64,000 bases of DNA from a virus (taxonomy: Duplodnaviria > Caudoviricetes). The stretch covers positions 24,692-88,691 of the IMG/VR virus record IMGVR_UViG_2684623229_000001; one strand, given 5' to 3'. Of the stretch, positions 49,555 to 59,499 are shown piece after piece. The position numbers were made by a program, and so were the translations under genes. The number at the start of each line of letters is the position of its first letter. Positions within the stretch are counted from its first letter, which is position 1. The notes under the pieces were generated by a model. That model was not told the DNA's origin. It did no database searches and saw only the letters and a program-made list of their open reading frames with translations.

Positions 49555-49902
49555 TTAAGTATTCTTAAGCTCTACACGCTCCCATGTAAGAAAGCTTCTA
49601 TATGCTTCAAGTTCTAATCTCAAATTTCTCATAGCTTCTATACATACACTATAGTTAGTTTCTGCTATATCTCTATTTAATCTTAATTTTGCAATTTCTT
49701 CTTTACCTTTAGCTAAGTCATTTATTAGTGTGGCTGGTTGCTTTTCAAGTTGTCTTAATCTTAAAATCTCTTTTCTTAATGCTATTTTATAGTCATGCTC
49801 TGCTCTTGCTTTCTTTACTCCTAGAGTTTTTAATTCTGTATTTCCTCTACTCAAAGCTTGCTGACATACTCCTATCTTCTGCATTATTTCTATTGGTGTC
49901 AT
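49555..49902 (-). CDS. Coiled-coil phage protein
   Basis: Operonic; P.T.I.DLAKG motif. Confidence 0.6.
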   Translation of the reverse strand: MTPIEIMQKIGVCQQALSRGNTELKTLGVKKARAEHDYKIALRKEILRLRQLEKQPATLINDLAKGKEEIAKLRLNRDIAETNYSVCIEAMRNLRLELEAYRSFLTWERVELKNT

Positions 49903-49904
49903 AT

Positions 49905-50309
49905 CTACACTTCCTTTAGTATCTTTAAATCTATATTTGGATATCTAAGTTTAAATTGTTTGTATGTTTTCTTCCATTGCTCTGATTCATAGCCTTTTGT
50001 ATCTTCTACTGTATAAGTCCCATCTTTATTTAAAACTAAGAAGTCTGCACTATAAGTAATTGCTCTATTCTCTCCGTTACCTTCCTGTAATACAAATTGT
50101 GGTTGTAACACAAACCCTGATATCTCTCCTGCATGAAATAATAATTTAAGTTGGCAATACCTTTTAGCTTCTAATTGACTTCTAAAAAATACTCCATCTA
50201 TCCAGGTACCTTTATTTTTATATTTTTGTTTTTTCTGAGCTTTGGGTTTTTCTACTTTCTGACCTCTATTTTTTAGGTACTCCTGATACTGTTCCTCTGT
50301 CCACCTCAA
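49905..50309 (-). CDS. DUF1064 nuclease (putative resolvase)
   Basis: KY.N...DG..F.S..EA.RY, LQP.F.L, Y.ADF, VEDTKG. Confidence 0.8.
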   Translation of the reverse strand: MRWTEEQYQEYLKNRGQKVEKPKAQKKQKYKNKGTWIDGVFFRSQLEAKRYCQLKLLFHAGEISGFVLQPQFVLQEGNGENRAITYSADFLVLNKDGTYTVEDTKGYESEQWKKTYKQFKLRYPNIDLKILKEV

Positions 50310-50485
50310 ATTTGACCTCTCCTTTTTAGGCCTTTATAATTTTTCTTATAGGTTCTATCCAGGTTCTCCATTGCGTGTAACATATAATCCTGTTCTTTTC
50401 TTCTTTCCTTATTTCTCTTTCTTTGCTGAAGTAATATATAAGTTTTATTAGCTCTTTCCTTATTAGACATTTCAGCACCGCCCTT

Positions 50486-50848
50486 TTAATACAATTTACC
50501 GCCCATTAGCCTTCTTATAATATCTTCTGTTTTATATCCTTCCTTGTATAATAAAAATTTTCTACACATCTTTTTAACTTGTCTTCTATTAAGTTCTAGT
50601 ATCTTAATTAGTTCATTTTCTGTATAATAATCTTGGATTAATTTATTTTTTAATTTGGCTTGGAGTTCTTTCTTATACTCCAGGTCTATTTTTTTACACA
50701 TATGTGGAGATTTTTTCCCCTTATGATGTTCTACACATAGATATTTAAAGTTTAAAAAGAAATCTAGCCCTCCTTGGCTTTTAGAAACGATATGGTGTTT
50801 CTCTGGATATAACCTACCGCACACTTCACAATGTTTGTATTCTTCCAA
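50486..50848 (-). CDS. HNH endonuclease-like protein
   Basis: CEVCG..HHI....GG...LC..HH. Confidence 0.7.
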   Translation of the reverse strand: MEEYKHCEVCGRLYPEKHHIVSKSQGGLDFFLNFKYLCVEHHKGKKSPHMCKKIDLEYKKELQAKLKNKLIQDYYTENELIKILELNRRQVKKMCRKFLLYKEGYKTEDIIRRLMGGKLY

Positions 50849-50912
50849 ATTTTCATCCCCTTTGTTTATAGGACAAGCAGTAAGTTTGTTTATTACTGCC
50901 TGTCCATGTTTG

Positions 50913-51626
50913 CTAAGATATTATATTAATGTTTTCTATTCCTTTTAATTCTTCTTCCAAATATGCTTTTATTCTTCTCATGGCTTCATTTCTCCAAGCT
51001 CCACCATCAGCTTCAAAAATAGCTGCTTTAGGTCCTTGTTGCATTCTGAATATAAACTTACTTAAAGGTTGCTCAATTTCTGGGAATGTTCTATATGGTG
51101 CTAATGTTACTGGATTAGGTACTACTGCTTGTCCTACACTTGCTACACCAGTTTTAATTGTTACAGCTTGAGATACACCATCATCACCTGTACTCTTTAC
51201 TGCTTCGTCTTTTATTAGGCCTGTATATTTTAATAAAACCTCTTTATCTCCTACATCTACAAATGAACTTTGAAGCATAATGTTGAATTCTTCTGTGCCT
51301 ATGAATCTGTCATAATAAATATTATTTGGCAAAATAGCTACTGCTTTTATATACATTTCTCTTTCTCTATCCTCATTTAAGGGACTATATAGTCTTACAT
51401 CATCATGTGATTTTACTTGTATTAATAATTCACTTTGTAATTTATCTGTATTTGTCTTTATATAATCTATTAATCCTGTAAGTGTTGATACTGTTAATGT
51501 GTCTGCTAATGGTCCTGTAACCCTATCTAATCCTTTTGTTGAAAAAGTTCCTTGCTCTAGTTGAATAATTGGGTCCCTTTTCTCTCCTAAATTTACTAAG
51601 TATTCTAAAGCTTCTTTATTTATCAT
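50913..51626 (-). CDS. Conserved phage early protein
   Basis: DDGVSQ, PNPV.L.PYRTF.E, EADGGAW. Confidence 0.7.
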   Translation of the reverse strand: MINKEALEYLVNLGEKRDPIIQLEQGTFSTKGLDRVTGPLADTLTVSTLTGLIDYIKTNTDKLQSELLIQVKSHDDVRLYSPLNEDREREMYIKAVAILPNNIYYDRFIGTEEFNIMLQSSFVDVGDKEVLLKYTGLIKDEAVKSTGDDGVSQAVTIKTGVASVGQAVVPNPVTLAPYRTFPEIEQPLSKFIFRMQQGPKAAIFEADGGAWRNEAMRRIKAYLEEELKGIENINIIS

Positions 51627-51652
51627 TTTTCATTCCTCCAATTTTATTTTTA

Positions 51653-52051
51653 TTATTTTACTAATTTGATACCTTTAAGATCTACAGTGTTTTCTTTTTC
51701 TTCTGCAGTAGTTAATACCTCACCAGTTTCTTCATCAACTCTCATAGTGCTTTGTCCTGGAATTTGCTTCTTATATTCACTAGCAAGTATTCCACCTTTG
51801 CCATCTGTACCAATTACAATCTTAGCTGCAAGTGGTTTCGTTGGAGCTAATTTAGGTTTTGCTACTATTGATACTTCTGTTAATTCTCTGTCCTCTCCAC
51901 TAGCAAATGTCATATCTACAGTTAACTTTCTCTTTGTTTTATAATCTGTGTTTGGGTCCGCAATGTTTTCTAACACCTCCTTTAAAGCCATATTGATTTT
52001 TTCTGCTAATGCTCCATCAGCAAAGGTTTCTAGATTAATCATCTTTTCCAT
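51653..52051 (-). CDS. Conserved phage early protein, operonic with 50913-51626
   Basis: GAL.E...V..NI.DPNT...KRK. Confidence 0.65.
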   Translation of the reverse strand: MEKMINLETFADGALAEKINMALKEVLENIADPNTDYKTKRKLTVDMTFASGEDRELTEVSIVAKPKLAPTKPLAAKIVIGTDGKGGILASEYKKQIPGQSTMRVDEETGEVLTTAEEKENTVDLKGIKLVK

Positions 52052-52143
52052 AATATTGTTCTCCTTTTCGTATTAGTGTTTTATTATACTCATACACTAT
52101 AGGTATAAATATGCCCATAGTTAGCCTATACCTACAGTTTTAA

Positions 52144-52341
52144 TTAACTAATCATCTTCTTTTCTTCCCAATTTTTTAATATATCTATAGGTTCATTATC
52201 CTTCTTAGGATATTGTTGAAGGATTGCGATTGCCATTCTACTTCCTAAATGTCTCTTAAAATATTTCATATAGTCTACAAAATCTTTCATAGTATAAGTT
52301 ACTTTACTGCCATCTTTGCAAGTTATTATTAATTTTTTCAA
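52144..52341 (-). CDS. Hypothetical protein
   Basis: GAGGGG SD. Confidence 0.5.
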   Translation of the reverse strand: MKKLIITCKDGSKVTYTMKDFVDYMKYFKRHLGSRMAIAILQQYPKKDNEPIDILKNWEEKKMIS

Positions 52342-52396
52342 TTACATCCCTCCATTCCACTTTCTAATCTAAAATGCTTTACCATACTTATATAGT

Positions 52397-52582
52397 CTAT
52401 TTTTGTTCTTTTCCATCTTCATTTATTGTTATTTTGAATCCACATTTACAAGTTCTTGTATAAGTATCATCTTCGATTATTATTCCACCCTCACCATTAC
52501 CAATCTTATTATTTCCACATTTAGGGCACTTCTCATATTTTTTCATTATGGGTAACACTGCTCTTACATTCATAATTAACAC
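52397..52582 (-). CDS. DUF3797-like Zn-ribbon protein
   Basis: CPKCGN..IGNGEG...RTCKCG. Confidence 0.7.
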   Translation of the reverse strand: MLIMNVRAVLPIMKKYEKCPKCGNNKIGNGEGGIIIEDDTYTRTCKCGFKITINEDGKEQK

Positions 52583-52594
52583 CTTCTTTCCAAT

Positions 52595-52975
52595 CTAAAA
52601 TGCTTTATCATGCTTATATGGTCTACTCCTATTCTTTTTCATTTTCTTTTTAATCTCTTTTTCTATGTCAACTGTATCTCCTAATGCAGTATCAGATGTT
52701 CTTAAAATTATATCCGCAAGCTCTTCAGCATAATTTTCTTTATCATCTTTTCTTAATGCATTAACTGCTTCCGATACTTCACTCACTATAAGCATTAATC
52801 TTTGACACATAAAGGCTCTTTTTACAGCTTTAATTTCCTCATCTTTAAATCCTTTTACACACATTTTAGTTATTATATTATGCTCTTCTTCCCAAAACCC
52901 ATGATCTATTGCATTTTTATGTGCATCCTTTACCATTTCTTTAATCTTTAAATTCACATAATCTTCAATACTCAC
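52595..52975 (-). CDS. MazG-like nucleotide pyrophosphohydrolase
   Basis: LIVSEVSEA..A.R...EELADI.R; KM.KNR.RPYKH. Confidence 0.8.
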   Translation of the reverse strand: MSIEDYVNLKIKEMVKDAHKNAIDHGFWEEEHNIITKMCVKGFKDEEIKAVKRAFMCQRLMLIVSEVSEAVNALRKDDKENYAEELADIILRTSDTALGDTVDIEKEIKKKMKKNRSRPYKHDKAF

Positions 52976-53214
52976 TATTTCCCCAACTCCTTTAAACAGA
53001 TTTTACAAATATTTTTACCTTTGAAGTTTATAATCTCTTTAGCTTCTCCGCAGAATATGCAACATGGCTCATACTTTTTTAGTATTATTTGCTCACCTTC
53101 TGTATAAATCTCTAGTCCATCACCTTCATCTATATTTAAGACCTTTCTTAATTCTTTAGGTATAACTATCCTTCCTAACTCGTCTACTTTTCTTACTATT
53201 CCTATATTTTTCAT
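52975..53214 (-). CDS. AbrB/SpoVT-family regulator
   Basis: GIVRKVDELGRIVIPKELR, C.FCG...IC..C. Confidence 0.92.
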   Translation of the reverse strand: MKNIGIVRKVDELGRIVIPKELRKVLNIDEGDGLEIYTEGEQIILKKYEPCCIFCGEAKEIINFKGKNICKICLKELGK

Positions 53215-53216
53215 AA

Positions 53217-53546
53217 TTATATCTCTCCCTTATTTTTATTTAATTCATATAGCATTATTTCTTTACCTACTGCTCTTAGGGCTTTATCTAAATCCTCATG
53301 ATGGTTATATAATCTTACTACTTCATCTGCCCATAAATTAGTTCTTAAACTTAATTTCTCTACTTTCTCCTGGTACTTGTCCAACAAATCCAAACTCTCT
53401 AGTAATAAATCCTTATAAGACATACTTTTCTTTACATATTCCTTTAGAATAAATTTTAAAATTGTATTTTCTTCTTTAAGTGTTTCTTTGTTCTCCATTC
53501 CTTTAACTAATACAGTTATCATACTCATCCTCCCAATATTTATCAT
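53217..53546 (-). CDS. Hypothetical protein
   Basis: Operonic ORF. Confidence 0.5.
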   Translation of the reverse strand: MINIGRMSMITVLVKGMENKETLKEENTILKFILKEYVKKSMSYKDLLLESLDLLDKYQEKVEKLSLRTNLWADEVVRLYNHHEDLDKALRAVGKEIMLYELNKNKGEI

Positions 53547-53551
53547 AGTAA

Positions 53552-54547
53552 CTACATTACCTCTTTTAATGCTTTAAGCTCTTTTATAAAATCATCAATT
53601 TCATTAGCATTTAAAACTAAGTTAGTTGTACCCGTAAGATTTTTTATAGAAAAACTATTCTCTTGAACTCTATATTCCATTACCTTACCTCTTAAAACTA
53701 AAGGTTGTAATATCTTATTATTGCTTGGAATTTCTTTTTTAGATTCATTTATTTCTTTATTTGTATTATCTTTAGTTGCAGCAGGCTTTGCATTATTTAA
53801 TTTATCTCTGATACCATACTTCCCTAAATAAGTATCTATAGTTCTTTCTGTTAAACCATATTTTTTACTTATTGCTACTATAGCTTCTCTTCCAGTTCCA
53901 AGTATTTTAGCTTCTTCCATAAGTTGTGCCTTAGTTATTTTAGGTTCTTTTGTAAACATTTTATTTTCCCCCTCATATTTATTTTTAATGGTATTAGGTA
54001 TCTTTTTGAGAATTCTACTTATATAACTTTGTTTTAACCCTATTTCTTCCCCTATCTGTTTTTGAGTTTTATTATTAAAATAGAACTCTTTAATAATTTT
54101 CTTATCTCTTTCATTTAAATTTTCTATTATTGCAGTTATTTCTTTGTACGTTACATTAAAAATACTTCTATCTTCATAATTTGTTTTATCTGCAACTAAA
54201 TCTATTAAACTTAAGTTTTCTTTGTCTAGCTTTTGGCTTAATATAGGCTTATCTAAACTATCTACATCTACATGTTTTTCTTCTTTTCTGTTAAACATTT
54301 TTAATTCATTATTTACTACAGCTGCCAAGTATGTCATGAATAAAATATTTTTATCAGCATTATAAGCTGTAAATGCTTTAGTCATTCCTAAAAAGGCTAC
54401 TTGAAATAAATCTTCTTCTTCAAATTTACGTTTCCATGACTGTATCAACTTATATAAGAATCTTTCAAACTTAAAATAAACCTCTTCTAAGCTCATTAAT
54501 TTCAAACCTTCATCTTTGGTGAGAATTAACTTTTTCTCAGCCATCAT
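53552..54547 (-). CDS. Sigma-70 family (sporulation-like) sigma factor with C-terminal extension
   Basis: EDLFQ....G..KA...Y...K...F.TY; SLD.P; TQ..I...IG..QSYISR. Confidence 0.85.
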   Translation of the reverse strand: MMAEKKLILTKDEGLKLMSLEEVYFKFERFLYKLIQSWKRKFEEEDLFQVAFLGMTKAFTAYNADKNILFMTYLAAVVNNELKMFNRKEEKHVDVDSLDKPILSQKLDKENLSLIDLVADKTNYEDRSIFNVTYKEITAIIENLNERDKKIIKEFYFNNKTQKQIGEEIGLKQSYISRILKKIPNTIKNKYEGENKMFTKEPKITKAQLMEEAKILGTGREAIVAISKKYGLTERTIDTYLGKYGIRDKLNNAKPAATKDNTNKEINESKKEIPSNNKILQPLVLRGKVMEYRVQENSFSIKNLTGTTNLVLNANEIDDFIKELKALKEVM

Positions 54548-54559
54548 AAAAATATGCTC

Positions 54560-54799
54560 CTATTTCTCTGGCATCTGAAATACAAAATCTCTAGTTGTTC
54601 TTTTCCCATTGTATATATCATCAAATCGGCTTCCTTGCATTATCCTATCTTGTATCATATCTAATACTTCTAATGCTCTTCCCTCTGTAGAATATTCTCC
54701 TAAAAAATAATGTTCTCCGTATATACTTAATCCATCAGCCTCTATATTTTCACAATGTACTAAAACATCTTTTCCTTTACTTCTAATCCATATTCCCAT
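54560..54799 (-). CDS. Hypothetical phage protein
   Basis: WIRS; LG.YST..RALEVLD.I; FQMP. Confidence 0.6.
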   Translation of the reverse strand: MGIWIRSKGKDVLVHCENIEADGLSIYGEHYFLGEYSTEGRALEVLDMIQDRIMQGSRFDDIYNGKRTTRDFVFQMPEK

Positions 54800-54810
54800 T
54801 TTTATCCCCC

Positions 54811-55632
54811 TTATGCTCTTAATCTATAATTATTTTCTTTTCCTGTAATCTCTACCGTATAATCCTTTGACATTTCAATTATTCTACTTCCAACACCTTC
54901 ATCAAAATTTAAAAGCGTATCTGCAGTAAATTCAGAACTAACTATTATTGGTAAATAATTAAGATATCTGTAATTTATAATCTCAAACATAATGTTTATA
55001 TCTGATTCAGTAATCTTACCTTTGAATAAATCATCTATTAACAAAATTTTCGCTAGTTGGTATTTACTTAGCTGCTTAATGTAATATTCTTTATCTAACA
55101 TATTTTGTTTTATACTAGTAACTACATCTCTATATGGCATATATACTACTGGTATTTTCTTAATTTCTAAAAAATTTACTGCTAAAGCTATACTTAAATG
55201 TGTTTTACCACTACCCACTTGACCTATAAAAGCTATGCTATTACGTCTTAAATCCTTTATATTTTCAAAATTTTTATAGTACTCAATTGCTGTATTTTTA
55301 GCTAATTCAGTTATATCGTTATATGGAATATAGTTTCCAAAAGTTTGTTTAGACTGCTCTGGATTAATACCTGAAGATTTCCACATTCTTTTGGCTTTTT
55401 CAATTTCTTGGCACCTACACATTTTAAAAATAGGCTGACTATCTTCTCTTTCTTCCATAATCCATCCTGAACCATCACATTCTGTACAATTATTTTTCTC
55501 TTTTTCAAATGGATCATATAAGTCCTGTTGTATCGGTTTCTCCTTTAAGTTTTGGAGTTGGTGCTTTGTATCCTCCCCATTTGCTTTTGCTCTCTCCTGT
55601 ATTCTTTTTATAATTTCTTCTATTGGCATCAC
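54811..55632 (-). CDS. DnaC/IstB-like helicase loader ATPase
   Basis: C..C.G.G, GQVGSGKTHL, LLIDDL, INYRY. Confidence 0.88.
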   Translation of the reverse strand: MMPIEEIIKRIQERAKANGEDTKHQLQNLKEKPIQQDLYDPFEKEKNNCTECDGSGWIMEEREDSQPIFKMCRCQEIEKAKRMWKSSGINPEQSKQTFGNYIPYNDITELAKNTAIEYYKNFENIKDLRRNSIAFIGQVGSGKTHLSIALAVNFLEIKKIPVVYMPYRDVVTSIKQNMLDKEYYIKQLSKYQLAKILLIDDLFKGKITESDINIMFEIINYRYLNYLPIIVSSEFTADTLLNFDEGVGSRIIEMSKDYTVEITGKENNYRLRA

Positions 55633-56320
55633 CTTTCACTTCCTTTTTTTCTTTAATTCCTCCATTAGTTTTCCATCTTTCCAATATGCTTTTAACATAG
55701 TCATATCTATGCACACCTGCTTCATCTGATATTTCTGCTGCTTTCATAACCCATTCCTTAGAATATATTTCTATATCTGCTGCTATCTTTTCTATAATCA
55801 TTGGTGATAGTAATCCAAAATTACATTTTTCAAAGTGTTTAAATACTTCCATATTACCCTTACTACTACTATTAATATCATTATTTAGTTTAATATCATT
55901 ATTTAGTAGTCCGCCATTTCGCCTAATAGGCGTTTCGCCAGATAGGCATTTCGCCGAATAGGCATTTTGTCGTTTCGGTTCTTCTTTTGTACAAGTAGTT
56001 TCATCACTTTTTATATTTTGAGGTATTTCATATATTGTATAGTCATACCCTCCAATTAACTTCCCATTGGAATCTCTCTTTAGTAATCTTTCTATATATC
56101 CATTAGTTTCAAGTTCTTTTATTGCTGTTCTTATAGCCTTTTCTCCATCTTTGCAATTTTTTTCTATCTCTGAACTATAAAACTCCCAATTATCTGGCCT
56201 ACTTAGAAAATAACTCATTAACCCTTTAGCTTTTAAACTTAATCTACCATCATAAACAAAGTACTTATTTAACATTACATAAGGATTTTCTTTATCCTTA
56301 ATAACTCTAAAAACTGCCAT
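55514..56320 (-). CDS. Replication initiator (HTH plus DnaD-like domain)
   Basis: LS.KAKGL...LS.PD.W; YV..IL.RW...G. Confidence 0.85.
   Translation of the reverse strand: MAVFRVIKDKENPYVMLNKYFVYDGRLSLKAKGLMSYFLSRPDNWEFYSSEIEKNCKDGEKAIRTAIKELETNGYIERLLKRDSNGKLIGGYDYTIYEIPQNIKSDETTCTKEEPKRQNAYSAKCLSGETPIRRNGGLLNNDIKLNNDINSSSKGNMEVFKHFEKCNFGLLSPMIIEKIAADIEIYSKEWVMKAAEISDEAGVHRYDYVKSILERWKTNGGIKEKKEVKGDANRRNYKKNTGESKSKWGGYKAPTPKLKGETDTTGLI
55873..55972. repeat. Probable phage origin: iterons plus AT-rich repeats inside the initiator gene
   Basis: Four GGCATTTCGCC-like units at 16-bp period (55913-55972) next to two TAATATCATTATTTAG copies. Confidence 0.7.
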
Positions 56321-56346
56321 TATATCACCTTCTTTTGTTTTCTTTT

Positions 56347-56562
56347 TTATCTATAGATAAAGTAAGACATTACTACAAAACTTCCAAACATTATTACTGT
56401 TGCTATAAGTAAAATTACATTAGCCCAAAACTTAAACCTATACTCTTTTAAAATGGATCTTTTAGCTACTTCTAAAACCTTTTTATCCTCTCCTATATTT
56501 CTCTCTAACATTAAATCTATGTGATACAAAACTTCTCTTCTTTTCATTTTTCCATCCCCCAT
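56347..56562 (-). CDS. Small membrane protein
   Basis: C-terminal TM helix. Confidence 0.55.
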   Translation of the reverse strand: MGDGKMKRREVLYHIDLMLERNIGEDKKVLEVAKRSILKEYRFKFWANVILLIATVIMFGSFVVMSYFIYR

Positions 56563-56851
56563 GTATATTTTTTCTATTCTGTCATATACTAATTGAGAAA
56601 ATGTTCTTATTAATGTTATAATGGGGACAAGAGCTTTGCAGAGCTCTTACCCAAAAATTTTATAGAATCTTACTTAATGGGTGCTTTACAGAGCACCTAT
56701 TTCTAAAATGGAACTACTAAATCATAATTCTTTATCTCGTCTAAAAGTTTTTCTATTTCTTTTTTTATATCATCCAACTTCCCTTCCTCTGCATATTTAC
56801 GAATACAGTTTAGCCTATAGATTAAAGCTTCTTTATTCTTCTTATCCATAA

Positions 56852-57736
56852 TTAATTCTCCTGATCTTGTAGAAAAGGTGCTATATCTTCACTATCTTTA
56901 TTGACTTTTATTATGTCCTCTTCGGTATCTATGCTATTAACATCTACTGCATCTACATCAACATAATTGAAATTACTTAACTTTTCTTCCTTAGCCTCTG
57001 CTTTGTAATCCAGATCCAATGCCTTAGCCATTTCTACACTTTTAGGTGCATACTTAAGAACATCTAACAACACTGTTTTCTTAGCCATGCTATCAAAATT
57101 TTTGAACCATACTGAATTCTTATTAACATTACCTTTGTAAGTGTAGTTCTTTGAAAATTCTCTCGCATGATGTTCTACTCTTTCCTTAGACCATACTACA
57201 AAGTCAAATCCACCATTTTTAAGTTTATATACTGCATAATAATGAGTAACTTCATCGCTAGGAATATCTGCAGGTTTATGCACCAAAGTTTTGTGTAATC
57301 CATATTCATACTCGAATTCATCACCTTTTCTAACTTCATGAGCATATATAGCTTCATATTCTCCAGTATTAAATGCCATCTTTAAAATGCCCTTGTATCC
57401 TACTTGGAAATTAACTTCTGTTATGCCTTGTTTGTTATTTTTATAAGGTATTACATAAGCTTCTCCAAGTACTGTGTTAGGTTCTAAACCACATTGTGCA
57501 CTTTGCATTAATGCACTTAAGAAACTTGTAGTATCTGCTTCCCAAAACTGTGGATTCCCATTAAATAAACTTAGTGCTATTCTTGAAAATCTCTCTGGTG
57601 TCATTGTTTTACCTACTGCCTTTTTTATTTCTGGTAGCATTTTCTCTAATGCACTTTTCATTTTTTTCTGTGGTGTTAATTGAATATCTTGTGTTGTTTG
57701 TTTATTAACAACTAAACCTCCGTTTACATTAGCCAT
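56852..57736 (-). CDS. recT: RecT single-strand annealing protein
   Basis: AQ.GLEPN..LG.AY.IPY, FQ.GYKG, MAKKTV. Confidence 0.92.
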   Translation of the reverse strand: MANVNGGLVVNKQTTQDIQLTPQKKMKSALEKMLPEIKKAVGKTMTPERFSRIALSLFNGNPQFWEADTTSFLSALMQSAQCGLEPNTVLGEAYVIPYKNNKQGITEVNFQVGYKGILKMAFNTGEYEAIYAHEVRKGDEFEYEYGLHKTLVHKPADIPSDEVTHYYAVYKLKNGGFDFVVWSKERVEHHAREFSKNYTYKGNVNKNSVWFKNFDSMAKKTVLLDVLKYAPKSVEMAKALDLDYKAEAKEEKLSNFNYVDVDAVDVNSIDTEEDIIKVNKDSEDIAPFLQDQEN

Positions 57737-57748
57737 TATTATTCCTCC

Positions 57749-58798
57749 TTATTTGCATTTAGTAATTCTCATATTTACATACTCTGTTTGACCATTTAAT
57801 ACTGCTGCATAAGTAACTGGATACTTTTCTTTAAATGTTTTAGTATCTAATTTATCTCTCTTCACCTCATATCTGCTTACTTTATAAAGTCCATCTGAAC
57901 CCTTTTTACTATCTCCTAGATCTAAATATATAAGTTGTTTCAGTTGTTCTTTTTCTTTTTCTAAGTCTTTAATCTGTGCAACTACTTCTTTGTATTTAGT
58001 TAGTTTATTTTCGCTTATGTTAGCCTCTAAATCATTATCCAATGCTTGTTGATATAATATGTCTTTTGTTTCACATTGAAGGCCTACAGGTATCGGTGGT
58101 GCTTTTTTAAGAATATTGTTATTCCAAAAGTTCTCTCCTATTTCAAACAAAGCTTTTATATCATCATCACATCTAGGAATCACTTTCCATTTAACCTCTT
58201 TCCCTAATAAATAAATTATTAAGAAGTACTTAAGGCCTGTAATCCCCATATACCATTGACATTGGCAATAATATTCGTCTGGAATTTCTTCTCCCTGCCA
58301 CATCTTTTTTAAGAACTCACTTGCTGTTTTTATTTCAATACCTATTAATTCACCTGCAGGTATTTGTTTAATTTCAGCTGTATCTCTATTTTCCCAATAT
58401 GTGTAGCCTGCTTCTAATTTAGCTAAACCATCTATATTTGCACTAAAGTATTCATATTCTTTATGAATCATCATGTAAGGATACTCATATGTTTTTAACT
58501 TAATTTCAGTTTCTTTTTCAAAATCTTCTTGAACCCATTCTCTTATTAAAGGTTCCATTCTGTTACCAAACTTGGTGTGAATATTACCTTTGAATTTTTC
58601 ACTTAAACCTAACTTTTCATTAAATACTGTAAGAGCTGAACCGTACTTACTAAAACCTGCAACCTTTGCTATCTCACTCCCGCCTATTGAATTGCCTCTT
58701 TGGCTTAACCATTGTGTTCTAGCTTCATCATCTTTTCTAGTGTCAAAAATTACTTTTACATTAGGAAACAAATTCTTGTCTTCTATAAATTCAACCAT
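57749..58798 (-). CDS. YqaJ-like viral exonuclease
   Basis: WL..R...IGGS, AN.DG, EIKT, Y..Q.QWYM. Confidence 0.9.
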   Translation of the reverse strand: MVEFIEDKNLFPNVKVIFDTRKDDEARTQWLSQRGNSIGGSEIAKVAGFSKYGSALTVFNEKLGLSEKFKGNIHTKFGNRMEPLIREWVQEDFEKETEIKLKTYEYPYMMIHKEYEYFSANIDGLAKLEAGYTYWENRDTAEIKQIPAGELIGIEIKTASEFLKKMWQGEEIPDEYYCQCQWYMGITGLKYFLIIYLLGKEVKWKVIPRCDDDIKALFEIGENFWNNNILKKAPPIPVGLQCETKDILYQQALDNDLEANISENKLTKYKEVVAQIKDLEKEKEQLKQLIYLDLGDSKKGSDGLYKVSRYEVKRDKLDTKTFKEKYPVTYAAVLNGQTEYVNMRITKCK

Positions 58799-59041
58799 CT
58801 AAATTCCCTCCTTTATTTTGTACCTCTTCACTTCCTTGTAACTAAATCAACTAACTGTTATCGCAGTGGCCATACATTTTATTTTGGTGTGGCTCTTATC
58901 TTCGCCTACTCCCACTCTAATTAGTTCATTTAGTTACAAGGATTTTGGTACTAATTGTAATGTTCTTGCATATACATAGACTAGAGAAGTATATGCATTT
59001 TTGCTATAGTAAAATTTTTTAAAAAGGCTTTCCAGCCTTGC

Positions 59042-59251
59042 TTAACCAATTTCATAATTCTTTGTATTATTTTCTATCCAAATCAACAAATCTTTTTTAG
59101 GTATTCTTATTTTTCTTTCCCCTAGTTTCAAGATTGGGAAGTTCTTTTGATATATAAGTTCATATGCAGAATTTTTACCTATATTTAAAACCTTTCTCAT
59201 TTGGTCCACTGTAAGCATCATAGGTAACTGTTCAAACTCTTTTTCTGTCAT
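59042..59251 (-). CDS. Excisionase-like HTH_17 protein
   Basis: LTV......L.IG...AY.L...FP....G...IRIP. Confidence 0.8.
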   Translation of the reverse strand: MTEKEFEQLPMMLTVDQMRKVLNIGKNSAYELIYQKNFPILKLGERKIRIPKKDLLIWIENNTKNYEIG

Positions 59252-59463
59252 TACCACCACCTCCAAAGTTCTTGATCTACTAATTCATTTGGTGTAACTT
59301 TAAGCGCCTTTGATAATTTACATATTGTTTTAAGACCAGGGTTTTCATACTTTCCTTTTTCTAATTCCGTAATATAGCCTCTAGCTACTTTACTTTTGTA
59401 ACTCAATTTACTAATAGATAAGTTTCTCATTCTTCTATATTCTTTTGTTTTTAATACTGCCAT
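59251..59463 (-). CDS. XRE HTH regulator
   Basis: HTH_3 pattern; paralogue of 1037-1249. Confidence 0.85.
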   Translation of the reverse strand: MAVLKTKEYRRMRNLSISKLSYKSKVARGYITELEKGKYENPGLKTICKLSKALKVTPNELVDQELWRWW

Positions 59464-59499
59464 TTTGGGGATTCCTCCTAAGATTTATTCCCCTCCATC

